Made by a program: the position numbers and the translations under genes. Below are positions 37,001 to 48,960 of a DNA stretch of 64,000 bases, piece by piece (position 1 is the stretch's first letter; each line of letters opens with the position of its first letter). Source of the stretch: Owenia fusiformis (Eukaryota); the NCBI GenBank assembly GCA_903813345.2, contig CAIIXF020000001.1, positions 15,004,001 to 15,068,000 on the forward strand, given 5' to 3'. Below the pieces are notes generated by a model. The model was not told the origin of the DNA. It worked only from the letters and a program-made list of their open reading frames with translations, and did no database searches.

Positions 37001-40000
37001 AACAGTCCTCTCTCAATGGACTTTTCTTTGAATTGGTGAAAAATTTGTATTTTCACAGATCTTACCAAAATTGGCCAAATGTTTTTGGATCATATGATGG
37101 TAAGCCTATGAAATCACCTACTGTTCATCTGTCTATCCCTGGTGTATCTAGATAGTACAAGATCTATTCAAACAGTCAAATAGAAACTACCATTCATCTG
37201 AAGCAGTGCTTGTATCAATTTCATGGGGAAGGGGTTCTTTGAAAGGAGTTCACTTTTTTGTTGTGATGGCGGTTGAGATCCAGCGTTAGGCATCTGTAAC
37301 ATATGGCAGGTGGTGATATTTTGCATGTTAATGTCTTGTTGTATTTCTTTTCTAATCTCATTTATAATTAGGTGCAAATGGAGAATCAAGTCTGTCCTAG
37401 CCTAATTTCAAAGCTTCATATGGGGGAGCACCCTTTTCATTCATTCAATACATGTGGTGTGTTGTTATCTACATATGGTTTGGTTATTTTGAAGATGCAG
37501 AAGACGGTGGCTGATTATGGTGTTGGCATCAACCCTATATCTCGCCTTATCCAGATCCAACAAGCCAAGAAGGAGAAAGAGCCAATATACACACTTGTTC
37601 AGGAGAGAGGACTTCCAAGGAGAAGAGAGTTTGTCATACAGGTCAGTTTGGATTTTCACCATGGACCTAAAAGTGAAGACAAAGTTGTCAAAATACAATT
37701 TTACAGGATAGCATGAATACTTTTGGTACATACTGGCTGGTAACCTAGGATAACAATGTTGCTTAATGCAACCCTGGACTATAACAGTCCATACTGTTTG
37801 CCAGTAGAACCTACAGCCATTTATCAAATAGACACAGAGCGAGTCTTCAGCCATGGCCTCATATATTAATTATCATTATATGTTGAACTATTAACATTTA
37901 CTATGGCAAATATTATTGCAATTGTTTAAATACAATTTCTGTAAATATAGGTTGGTAAAGGAAAAAGTATTACTCTTTTTATTTGGAATACATAATGAGG
38001 TATGTAATAAAACAAATAGAGACTGCCAAATTTTCAGGAAATAGTGCTTTCAATCCCTTCATGATTATGGAAATGAACCATAACTGTCTTTGCACCAACA
38101 GAATGATTTTTCAAAAGTTTAATTTCATTTTAAAGTTATTTAGTATTATTAAAGTGATTTAACAATATTTACAATTTCAAGTAACAAACTCATTTATTAA
38201 ATAAATAAATACATAATATTTAAAGGGACAAAGTGCGTAAATGAAGTCTCACTTTTTATCTTCATAGTACTTCCAATGGATTAATAAGTACCCAATCTTT
38301 CATTTGACACTAAAAAAAGCTCAAACAGACCACATCAGAGTTGACACTAGATCATGACAAAATATTTTTGATCTATCAATTTATATATGTCAAGTTTTTA
38401 GCAATGCCATAGAAAGATGGCATTGTTGTTTGCATTAATTATCAATTCATTTTTGACAAGATTTTCAAGCATACGCCATCTTTTAATCCAAGAGTTATTT
38501 AAAACATACACTATTTGTGAAAAGTGGTAATTCACTTTTTTCAATCTCTGAACTTCAAGTGCTGTTTTCTATCCGAGTAATTTTTTTTTCACTTCAGTAT
38601 TATCCCAAATTAAAGTTTTTATCATATTTGATTGACTGTATGAGTGACATGTCTCAAACAATATTTTGTCCTTTTTCCTGCAAAAATAGGCGCATTGCCT
38701 GTTTAATCAAGAATCTTGTTAAATCAATCATGTTCTCATGATATTTATTCAATTGATATCTAATAAATTAATAATTCATTAACTCAGTGTTTTGTAAGAC
38801 AAAAGCTGGCCATGGCATTGTACACCATGCCGATAATAATCCCACCGAACGAAGTTCGAGGGGGATATAGAGAAGCCGTCCGTCCGTCCGTTTGTCCGTC
38901 CGTCCGTGTGTCCGGGCGATAACTCCAATACCAGTGGACAGATTTGGTTCAAATTTTATAGACTTATGCCTTATGAGTGTAGGACCTCTGCTCGAGAAGG
39001 AATTTTCAATATGGCTGCTCAATTCAAAATGGCCGCCATTTTTCGTAAAAAATGTAATTGTTGATAACTCAAATACAAGTTGATGGATTTGGTTCAAATT
39101 TTATATGCTGATGCCTAGGGACTAAGGAGTTTTGCTCATAAAGAGATTTTCAAGATGGCCGCTTAATTTCAAATTGGCGGCCATTTTTCGTAAAAATATG
39201 TAATTTTTGATAACTCAAATACCAGTGAACGGATTTGGTTCAAATTTTATATGATGATGCTTAGGGACACAGTGGCTATGTTCGACAAAAAATTTCCAAG
39301 ATGGCCGCTTAATTTCAAAATGGCGGCAATTTTTCTTGAAAAACGTAATCTTTGATAACTCAAATACCAGTGAACGGATTTGGTTCAAATTTTATATGAT
39401 GATGCTTAGGGACACAGTAGCTATCTTCAACAAATTTTTTTCAAGATGGCCGCTTAATTTCAAAATGGCGGCAATTTTTCGTAAAAAACGTAGTCTTTGA
39501 TAACTCAAATACCAGTGAACAGATTTGGTTGAAATTTTATATGATTAAATCTAGGGACACGGTAGCTCTGTTCAAGAAATAATTTTCAAAATGGCGGCTG
39601 AATTTCAAGATGGCGGCTGAATTTCAAGATGGCGGCCAATTTTCGTAAAAAATGTAATCTTTGATAACTCATATACCAGTGAACAGATTTGGTTCAAATT
39701 TTATATGATGATGCCTAGGGACACAGTTGCTATGTTCGACAAAGAATTTTCAAGATGGCCGCTTTATTTCAAAATGACGGCAATTTTTCGTTAAAAAAAC
39801 ATAATCTTTGATAACTCAAATACCAGTGAACAGATTTGGTTCAAATTTTATATGATGATGGCTAGGGACACAGTTGGTTTGTTCAAAAATGAATTTTCAA
39901 GATGGCCACTGTTCGGTGGGATTTGCTACTCCGTGGAGTTGCTGTTTTTCTAGTTGATAATGAATTGATCAATTAGATAAAAACAGAGTTCAAAATACTG

Positions 40001-43000
40001 TATTCTACTTTGGAAAATGATCATAACTTATTGAAGATCAATTAGATGAGGACTTCATCTAGTTAACAGGGGGTGGGGGTTATCCTTGAGTTGAACTTTT
40101 GCATTGGTTTCTAATCATCCTGGCAAATTTCATAGTTTACTTGTGTAAGTCGGAGCAAAAATAAGTCGATGACAAAAGATTTCTGCTTCAGAGTGTACTT
40201 AATCACTCAGGTGTCAAGCTAGTCTGTAAAGGTGATAACAAACACCTGCTTTGTGGAAACATATTGAAAAAAACTAAAAATAGGGGATTTTTTCTAAAGA
40301 GCCATTGTTATAATTAGCTCTGAGTTGGGATCACCCGAACCTCTTTACCTGCCATTTATTCAATAACTATTTTGCTTACTCTATTTTATTAATTATATAT
40401 TTCCTATTACTGTCTTCAATCAAATCTCAGCTAAATTTCAAGTTCTATTGTTACTATGGAATGCATGTCTGTTTGTCTGTTACTATGGAGTGTATGTTTG
40501 TCTGTTACTATGGAATGTATGTTTGTCTGTTACTATGGAGTGTATGTTTGTCTGTTACTATGGAGTGTATGTTTGTCTGTTACTATGGAGTGTATGTTTG
40601 TCTGTTACTATGGAATGTATGTTTGGCTGTTACTATGGAGTGTATGTTTGTCTGTTACTATGGAATGTATGTTTGTCTGTTACTATGGAGTGTATGTTTG
40701 TCTGTTACTATGGAGTGTATGTTTGTCTGTTACTATGGAATGTATGCTTGTCTGTTACTATGGAATGTATGTTTGTTACTATGGAGTGTATGTTTGTCTG
40801 TTACTATGGAATGTATGCTTGTCTGTTACTACGGAATATATGTTTGTTACTATGGAGTGTATGTTTGTCTGTTACTATGGAGTGTATGTTTGTCTGTTAC
40901 TATGGAATGTATGTTTGTCTGTTACTATGGAATGTATGTTTGTTACTATGGAGTGTATGTTTGTCTGTTACTATGGAGTGTATGTTTGTCTGTTACCATA
41001 GAATGTATGTTTGTCTGTTACTATGTATGGAACGTGTGTTTGTATTGAGCTGAACTGACATCCAGATTAACCCAAGCTTGGTACATGCTTCTCTGTGTGC
41101 TGAGTTTATCATCATCTAAAAGTTGACTCAGGCATCATAAGATGAAGGTTTTATTTTCCTCCCTTAACTTATCTCAGTTCCAGTTTGTTTCAAAATATCA
41201 ATGACATTTTAATCTTCAAAGTTTTGTGATCATTATGTCCTCACCACATAGTGCGGGGCCATATTGTCGACCTAGGCGCATCCGTCTGTTTCCGTCCATC
41301 CGTAAGTCCAGCAGTTTTTTCCAAAACTGCTACAGATATCACCTTCAAACTTTCAGGGATAACTTATGAGTGCATACAGATGTGGATGAAAAATATTTAA
41401 CTTGATACCTACTTCCTGTCGGTCATTTTGAAGTCAAATGCTAAAATCCTTGTCTGCAAACTTTAAGAAAAACGGCTTCACAGGCAGCCATTTTGGATTT
41501 TCCGTCCTAAAATCTTGCCTGTAAAGTCTTGTCTACGCATTTGCAGGTGAACCGTTTGGTAGATAAATTTCAAATTTTCAGGGATGATTTTTAGTATGAA
41601 AATCTAGATCTAATTAATTTTTTGGCATTCTGGATAAATGTCAAGGCAGCCATTTTGGATTTTCCGTCTTAAAATCTTGCCTGTAAAGTCTTGTCTACGT
41701 GTTTTTAGGTGAACCATTTGACGGGATCACCCATTGGTGGAGACATTTTGTACACATTTGTGTTCTTGTTTTTATTTGCATCCATATCCACAAATGTTTA
41801 GAAAATTGGATCAATGTAGAAGCTGTTAAATGTTTTCTTTTACTGAATTCAATTATGTGTCTAGGTGACTGTTGGGTCTCAACAGTGTACTGGTGTGGGC
41901 CCAAACAAGAGACTAGCCAAGCGTGCAGCCGCAGAGGCCATGCTCCAACAACTAGGATACAGCCAACGTATGCCAGAAGCTGGAAAGCCAGCCATCAAGC
42001 TTGGGGCACATGAGAATGCTGGGGACAAGAAAGTGAAGTTTGTTGACCAGGAACCTGTAGCAACAAGTTAGTGAAGAAATATTTAAATGGTTTGCTATAG
42101 TTGAGTAAAGAAGATTGATATAATGATCTATTTGCCAGTTTAATTATACCACTGGAAAGGAAAAAGGATCCTGCTTTGTAAAATGCATCTGAACATTGAT
42201 TTAAACAAACCTATTCGTAAAAGTGTGCCGCTGATTGAAAAACACAAGTCTAAGTAAATAACATCCAATAAAAAAGCAAAACTAAAAGTAACGTGAAAAT
42301 ATTCATTAAATAGTCGTTTCATGAATAAAAAAACATATTGATATCATTTTCATTTATTCCTATAATGATTTGTTATACTAGAATTCAATGCATTTCACAA
42401 TTCACCAAAAATAATAACAGCATGATGATATTTATATCTCAATCAATTAGCCCTTTGGAAGCATCCAAGATCTAATCAGGAGGTCATGTGTTCAACAAAC
42501 CACATGGTGGAGTGACTTTTTCACATCAGCCCTTAGCATAAAAGTTGATCCTATGTTTCAAAGAAACCAATAAGCCCTTTGGAAATGTTCAACTTGCCAA
42601 CTTTGTTACGAGTGACACTTGATAAATTGACAATAAATATCCATAAGGCTACCACTTCCATCTTTCCAATGGTGTATTGAAAAATTGGGCAACTCGCATC
42701 AATTGTTGAATCTCCACTTTGCTTATTAAATAGAGATTTTAAGTGGGAGTCTCAGTCTAAATACAATATGCCGAATGAATTATTAATCATCATATTTTAT
42801 GAAAAAACACATATCTTATATGGTTTATTATTATTTTTTTATATACTGATGAGTCATAGATGTCACGCATGATAATTTTCCCATTAGGGCCATTAGGCTG
42901 TCATCCTCCTTAAATATGCAATATGTGATCTTTTATATCAGCAAATATTGAATATATTTATTATCATTTCATGAGCAATGATTCAGAATCACAACAGTCT

Positions 43001-45090
43001 GAGAAAACTAATATTTTTCCCGATTATGAAATATCAGGGAATTTTAGAATTGCCTCAAAAATGGCTATGACGGTCAATCAATTTAAAATATTTTAAAGAA
43101 ATTATTTTTAAGAAAAGTCAAGGGGTTTTAGTTAAGTAGACTTTTGAAGTAAAAAATTGAACCACAAACTGATAAGATAAACTTATGAAAAAAACTCAGT
43201 GAAAACTACCAAAATCATGCATCATGTGTGAAATACTAACAAAAGTCAAATGTCTTACACATTTGCTTAGGGAATGTAAAACTGAATCCGAAAAAGAATT
43301 TTTGATTTTTATTTCACCACCACTGAGTGGTTGGTTTTCAGTAGTCAGTCCGCATTTAGCAACTGTAACAATTGACGAGTGCTGACATTTTGCATGTTAA
43401 TGTCTTGTAATATGTAGTGGCAACCCTGAAATGTTTACACATAGCCACCTAGAGCATTTGAGGGTTGTAAAACTGACCAAATGTAATTAGTTAATAACAT
43501 ATAAAAATCAATCATCAAACATTTAACTTGATTTTTTGTAGCATCATCCGATGGTTTAGGCCGGCAAGTTGTGCCTGGAATCTTACTGATGCCTGACCCT
43601 AACAGACCTGGTGTGCAGGGAATACAGAACTACCCAGTGAACCAGCAGCCTGGACTGCAGCGCTCCCCTGGGCCACACATAGGCATGGGCTACTCCCCAC
43701 AGACAACAGCAGCCATTGCTAAAGAACTCTTAGACCAAGGTATTTCATCATAATACATGAATGTTCCTGATTATCTCAATCCTGACTTTTCCAATCATCT
43801 CCAATTTTGTAAAATGTGTTAAATTCACCTACCGTATTTGAAAAATTAATGTCATGTTTCTGTATGTACGCGCAAATGGCAGATTTCTAATCTGGTGCCA
43901 TTGATCCCCATCTGCCTCAACCCACTCATTGTACTTATTACAATTATTAATTCATAAACTTTGGAAGATAAGTGAAGTTGATAATTGCTATTATAGGTTC
44001 ATCTCCCACAGCTGAGGCACTTGTTAAATCTACAACAAAACCTGTATCTCCTCAGCAGTCCAATGTCATCAGACCCAAACAGCAGCTATTATACCTGGCT
44101 GATGTACTCAACTTCCAGGTTCAGTTCACAGACTTCCCCAAGGTCAGTACTGTATGTTTTGAGAACATCTGAAAAGTTTTGCCCTAAATTCTACATTTAA
44201 TCCCTTTTCATTAAACACACATTTGTTTATGTAACAGACTTTTTGCAAGTCGTATAGGAATGTTTGTACATTTGATATAGATTATCTCATATCAGAGGCT
44301 TGAGAAATTGTGTTATCTTCATCTACTAACCAGTGGAAATATATTCTTTTATGTCTTTGGTCACAAAGAATTTTTAGATTGTTTGTTCTCATTGGTCTCC
44401 CTTTCTCAGATAAAAAATTATTTTGTTTAGATGTTGACAAATCAAGTTCAATACAAAAAACTTTTTCTCGCTTTCAGGGCAGTAACAAGAGTGAATACCT
44501 TTCACTAGTGTCCCTCTCCACGAATCCTCCACAAGTTAGTCATGGTGCAGGAACAACAATAGAGGCTTCCCATGATGCCGCAGCACTGACTGCATTGAAG
44601 GCACTCTCTGAGATTGGATTGGGTGCTGTGACCAGGGATAGTGGGGAGAAACTTGCAGCTAGTGGGCCTAGTGGTGATGGGTAAGTAATATGTCCATTGT
44701 CATGACAGCAAAGATCATGGTTCGACATTGTATATTGTAACTTAAAATTGTAAGTTTAGAAGAGACTCTCTTGCATTCATTCTTAAAATCTGTATTTTGT
44801 ATTGAATCCTTAATCACCACATAATATGTGAGTACATTACAATTTACATTATAATTTTGGATTAAAACATATTTGCATCAGCATGTTGCGTTTCTTGTAC
44901 ATAAAATAAAATGCCTTGTCATTTAAATTCATATTACAATCATCATCTTTTTTAAATATCTTGAGAAGATTTAATTAATTGATCTTAATTTGATGATTTC
45001 AGTCCTCATCTAAATGAGCTAAATGGGAAAGCTCCAGTTGCGGGAAGCGACTCAAATAGCACGAGTGTTCCCATCAAACAGGAGAAGTAA
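16051..45090 (+). CDS. stau: Double-stranded RNA-binding protein Staufen homolog, about 772 aa, 15 coding exons
   Basis: Exons 16051-16132 (MSQV...), 16525-16701, 16914-16997, 17481-17762 (dsRBD1 [14 protein letters not shown]), 18715-18865 and 19836-20068 (split dsRBD2 TPTVELN...ARHNAA), 21004-21104 and 21533-21683 (dsRBD3 [12 protein letters not shown]...GPPHM...KKISKKRAA), 22523-22596, 37495-37641 and 41865-42066 (dsRBD4 [19 protein letters not shown]...GPNKRLAKR), 43542-43739, 43997-44142, 44478-44680 ([16 protein letters not shown], dsRBD5 [11 protein letters not shown]), 45003-45090. Total 2319 nt in frame. Probable non-coding first exon ends at the donor near 15140. Confidence 0.95.
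17823..18508 (+). mobile_element. Helentron-associated (HINE/DINE-1-like) non-autonomous element
   Basis: 5' ATCCCAACGAACGAAGTTCG, (GTCC/GTCA)n microsatellite, 3' inverted copy TTCGTTGGAAT, hairpin ACTCCGCGGAGT and CTAGT end; same ends as 38837-39955. Confidence 0.75.
20086..20239 (+). mobile_element. Short HINE-like interspersed repeat; other copies about 21729-22008, 25378-25505, 29321-29460, 37255-37340 (partial), 43305-43408
   Basis: Shared 5' TTTATGTCACCACC..AAGTG.TGACATATTG, TTGGC-type microsatellite and 3' GGTGGTGACATTTTGCATGTTAATGCCTTGTT. Confidence 0.7.
22952..25891 (-). CDS. Secreted von Willebrand factor A (VWA) domain protein, about 321 aa, 4 coding exons, nested antisense in a staufen intron
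   Basis: Exons 25891-25889 (ATG then gtaagt), 25344-25142 ([21 protein letters not shown], signal-like), 24661-24552, 23601-22952 ([12 protein letters not shown] with MIDAS DxSxS, VAVVPFS, KTYGEKA, VVIFGDG). Phases 0/2/1 consistent, 966 nt. Confidence 0.85.
23825..24514. mobile_element. Non-autonomous Tc1/mariner element with long TIRs
   Basis: TA|CAGGGTGTCCAAAAAAAA...TTTTGGACACCCTG|TA; arms over 200 bp; plus-strand remnant [10 protein letters not shown] near 24132. Confidence 0.85.
27983..29058 (+). repeat. About 1.07-kb interspersed element with internal about 365-bp duplication; copy A of an inverted pair
   Basis: Reverse complement of 32806-33884, e.g. AGTCAGAAACCCATGCCTCTCTATCGTTTCAAAAAATTTA versus TAAATTTTTTGAAACGATAGAGAGGCATGGGTTTCTGACT. 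Confidence 0.85.
29787..30752. mobile_element. Tc1/mariner-derived foldback containing two inverted transposase 3' ends
   Basis: GGTGTCTCAAAAAATGTACCCAAAAG ... CTTTTGGGTACATTTTTGAGACACC termini; [11 protein letters not shown] on minus (about 30146-30114) and [11 protein letters not shown] on plus (from 30413). Confidence 0.75.
31654..32144. mobile_element. Kolobok-like non-autonomous element
   Basis: TTAA|AGAGGCTCTATGCCATAGG ... CCTATGGCATAATGCATCT|TTAA: imperfect TIR, TTAA flanks, purine-purine start. Confidence 0.6.
32806..33884 (-). repeat. About 1.07-kb interspersed element; copy B, inverted relative to 27983-29058
   Basis: Reverse-complement match along its length, near-identical over the terminal about 200 bp. 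Confidence 0.85.
34329..35250. mobile_element. Foldback element with CACTGG termini and 6-bp flanking duplication (AACAAT)
   Basis: AACAAT|CACTGGTCACTATCAAGATG ... CATCTTGATACTGACCAGTG|AACAAT; arms about 250 bp. Confidence 0.85.
35413..36355 (-). mobile_element. Degenerate, internally deleted Tc1/mariner transposon
   Basis: TA|CAGGGTGACCC...GGGTCACCCTG|TA with about 135-bp TIRs; minus-strand remnants FSDESH..HVNSRN, WF*KDGATPH and [13 protein letters not shown]. Confidence 0.85.
38837..39955 (+). mobile_element. Helentron-associated (HINE) element carrying about 7 tandem about 146-bp repeats
   Basis: 5' ATCCCACCGAACGAAGTTCG, (GTCC)n, unit marker TTGATAACTCAAATAC at about 39061, 39207, 39352, 39497, 39661, 39808; 3' TTCGGTGGGAT, ACTCCGTGGAGT hairpin and CTAGTT. 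Confidence 0.8.
40448..41025. repeat. 25-bp minisatellite (CTGTTACTATGGARTGTATGTTTGT)n, about 23 units with some 21-bp variants
   Basis: Tandem repetition read directly from the sequence. Confidence 0.95.
41233..41772 (+). mobile_element. HINE-like element
   Basis: 5' TTATGTCCTCACCAC, CCGTC/CCATC microsatellite, internal about 160-bp duplication (GGCAGCCATTTTGGATTTTCCGTC twice), 3' TGGTGGAGACAT...TTCTTGTT. Confidence 0.6.
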
Positions 45091-48000
45091 GCAGTTCATT
45101 GGTCAAACTACATCACATGATAGTCACGTGATCATCACATGATCATCATCTGATACATCATGATTACATGTGAAGACAACCATGTTATATTTGTAGTCCA
45201 GAAAGTGTTCTTCTTTATTCTTAAGCAGTCAGTCTTTAACACCATAAAGTGGAAGGAAATATATGGATGTAAGTGCTGACAGGGTGCTACGATTAAAACA
45301 ATGTATCATTAACTCTAATAACTTCTGGACTATCAATATGAGAGAAAAAAAACAGTTACATATTTGTGGAAATGTTTTCAACGAGGGTTAGCTAATAGTG
45401 TGAATACCTTGAGTAAAAGTGTTCACTTAATGATTTTATTGTAATTATATATTCATAATGAAATTATTTCTGAATTAGATGATCATAAAATTGGAATTTT
45501 AGATTAAACAAATCCTTTTTTCTGTCATCACATTCTGTTTAACAAATAACGTTTTCAACATTTTCATGATTTAAAACAAATTATGAACTTTAATTTCAAG
45601 TCTGTTCATCCCATTAGCAGATTGCTATTGTTATGCTGCATTGCTTATATTTCATGTTAAAGTACAGTTCAGGTTTTCTTACTGGTAAAAAGACTGGTTA
45701 AAAGAAATATGAATCACTCTCGATAACTTGAAATTAAAGTTTCAATTTTACATGTATATTGTATTTAATCAAATATGATTTTTAAGTGTGCATACAAACA
45801 TCTTGGTGGCATTAATATACAAATGTGGATTACATTTTGTAAAGGTTATTCATAAATCGAGAATTAATGAATACATTTAGTTTCATTGTTAAACAGATCA
45901 AGAATATTATTGCATCACAAATCACTTTATCACAATTGTTTAACTGTAGATTTGTTTGATGAAACCTCCACAAATCACCAAGTTGTTTGTATTAACTATT
46001 TGAAAATGATTACTTTCAAGTTGTTCTTCCTATTTGCAAGGTTGATATAACATCCAAGTCTTGATCAACAACCAGCAAACTCTTTGATGTATGTTTCAAT
46101 TATGGCTTAAAAGCACATACTAAAAAACACATATTTGCAGTCAGATAAAAAGTATGCCTGAGTAAATAGACTTATCATTTATCAACGTTGCAAAATTGGA
46201 GATATGGGTTGGTTAGAAATCATTAAATACATTTTTGATTTGTTGTCTTCATGTCTTATCATTAACTATAAAAACAGACTGAAGACATCAACACTACGAC
46301 AAGACAAGACAACTCTAATTTATGAAAACACTTGCAAAGTACTATTATACCCTTAATATTGACTTGTCTAATGTTTCATTAATTCGGTTTGTAAAAGTAG
46401 AAGTCAGCCTATAAAGAAGACTTGGATTGCTGGGTTTATGAAGTGGAAATGGAATAAGACTCTTTTATGTAAATTATTGATGATTGGTAGTGTTTAACGA
46501 TTTTGGTGACAAGTTTATGTATCACGCGTTGTATCTGTGAATGGCTATTCAAAGTATTGAATATAGAATATGCATTCAGATGAATGACGTCAGTGCCATA
46601 GTTTTGATAAGAATTTGATCTCTAAGCTACCCAGATGGTGCATTTGGGATTTGATCATGACAACAGTTAGGATTTTGATCAATATGTTAGTGCTGGTTTT
46701 ACCCTAAAATCTGCTTTTTCCCAGCAGTCCAGTCACCTTGACTGTTGTCTGTACCACAATATGTTCTATCTTCCCATGATTCATGCAGTCAAAGACTTTT
46801 GGTTGGTCAATAGAGACCATGTGACTGAAAGATGAATGCATTCTTTGTGGTATAAGACAAATAGGTTGACTTAATACTGAAGTAGCTGTATATGAACTTC
46901 TCAGTTAATGATTATTGTTAAGTACTTGTCTTACAGTGCTCTGCAAACATATTATTATAATTGAAGTTCTTCATAGTAATCTACAACTGTTGTTGGAGAA
47001 AAACTCACTTTATTAAACTTTGATGAATTAATTAGCCACTAATTGCTTTTTTGATCATCAATACAAAGTATTTAATAATCTGATAATCTTGGGCTAACAG
47101 AATTATTCAAATGTGAAAACCATTTATATTCAATTTTATCCTAGTTTATGGAAATGTAGTTTTTTCTAGCATCTAGTTATAGATTACCTTCATAACAAAG
47201 TAAAGCAAAAAAAACGAACTTGTATCCTATATTTGAACAATGTGTGGGCTGAGCGCAGATATTGATGGAACTATTTGTTTGATCATTTTAACAGCTGATT
47301 TCTGAAATTCAGTGTTATTGGTAATTGCTTGCTGAGTTGTAAGGAATGATATGAGAGATTCCGATCAATGATCAGATAGTAATCACTAATCAATATGACA
47401 AATCTACCAATATACTGAAAAGGAGTACTCATGTTTCAGTCTGAGAAGTTGTACGTCACATGCATTTCACTGAACTTGGCAGAAACCTGTTATATTTAAC
47501 TGGTAAAGGTTCCTTTAAAGGATCATGCTTTACATCACTATGTGTTGAGTGTTGTGATTCATTTAAAGTCCTTTAAGAAACAGGAATGCAATATGTGTGG
47601 ATAGAAACATTTTTATTACGTTTTAAGTTGTTTTTTTATTACATATTAAATTTTACAGAAGATGAAGGTAAGGATGAAAGATGAAGATGAAGGTAGTAAA
47701 ATTAAATAAGCGTACAATATTAAAAGTAATATATGTTCCAGTTCACTAACTTGATGTCTTATTACGAAATGGATGATATCACTTTGTTTAAATAAAGGAT
47801 AAAAGTTATGACAAGATATTGTGTTATGTTCAAATATAACTTGTTTATCCACCTTTTTGTCTTATTAACAATAAAAAGTAATTTTCTTAGTTTACCTAGA
47901 AAGATTCTATTTTTAGAAAACATAATCCTGATCCTTAATGAGAAAGGTTTTCCCTCTGTGTTTGATTAAAAAATTGACCATCAAGAACATTTCTGTATAT

Positions 48001-48298
48001 ATAATATTGTTTTATGTTACATGTACAAACATCAGTTATAGATGGATCAAATAAGCATAAATAAAATGCTGTTAAGAGTTGCATTTTGCAGGTCAAAGAA
48101 TAGCGTTTAAATTTTGGTTATTCTCTGGCTAGTAGCTTTTGTGGTTGGGCCCTCTCAGCCATATTCCCGGGCGTTTAAAATGTTTAGATAGTATTTAACT
48201 TTTTCTCAAATATAATTCTAAGACTTACAGGCAACGAAGGATATTAAAACTTAAAAAACAAATGGTAGTGTGCTTTTTGTCTGAGCAAGCGGTACTCT

Positions 48299-48960
48299 GC
48301 GAGTTGTTTGTAGAATGAATCGGGGTAGTTTTTTCATGCATTTCGCTTGTGTTTTTCATCTAAAAAACATCAATACACTTTAAAACATCTAATTGACTAC
48401 AAGATTGCACCATATAATCCCTAAAAATATTTCTCATTTTCGAGGATTATCTCTGGATTAACGCCCAGATATTGTTATTTCTCGAACTACAGAGGGCTGG
48501 AAATCATTATTACGATCGCTTTTGGATAATATTAATGCTGTTTTAAATAATTTCCATGTGTGCCAATAATTTCTCAAATTGTGTTAATGGTACCCCTTCC
48601 TTAATCCATAGAATTTTATCTTTGATGAATTTCCCATAGTAATTCAATGGTTTAGTTTCTGAGTTTCAAGCAGATTTTGAGATAACAAGAAAGTTAACTA
48701 TTAATACACACCTTATTTGGTTGTTTTGGCTTATATTACAAGCCAATGAGGTGTGTAGAAAGCCCTATGAAGTTTGAAAAATAACAATACCAAGGTGTTA
48801 ATCCAGAGACAATCCTTGAAAATGAGAACTATTTTTTAGGATTATATGGTGCAATCTTATCGTCAATAAAATGTTTTAAAGTGTATTGATGTTTTTTAGA
48901 TGAAAAACAGAAGCACAACGGATGAAAAAGCTCCCCAGATTCATTCTACAAACAACTCGC
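48299..48960. mobile_element. Foldback/MITE with about 165-bp inverted arms
   Basis: GCGAGTTGTTTGTAGAATGAATC ... GATTCATTCTACAAACAACTCGC; superfamily not determined. Confidence 0.75.

Noticed and set aside
39060..39900. Regularly spaced repeats superficially like a CRISPR array
   Set aside because: The whole 146-bp unit repeats with no unique spacers; eukaryotic context and no cas genes.
40448..41053. Three overlapping Cys/Val/Tyr-rich ORFs of 181-201 aa
   Set aside because: Artefact of a stop-free 25-bp minisatellite inside an intron.
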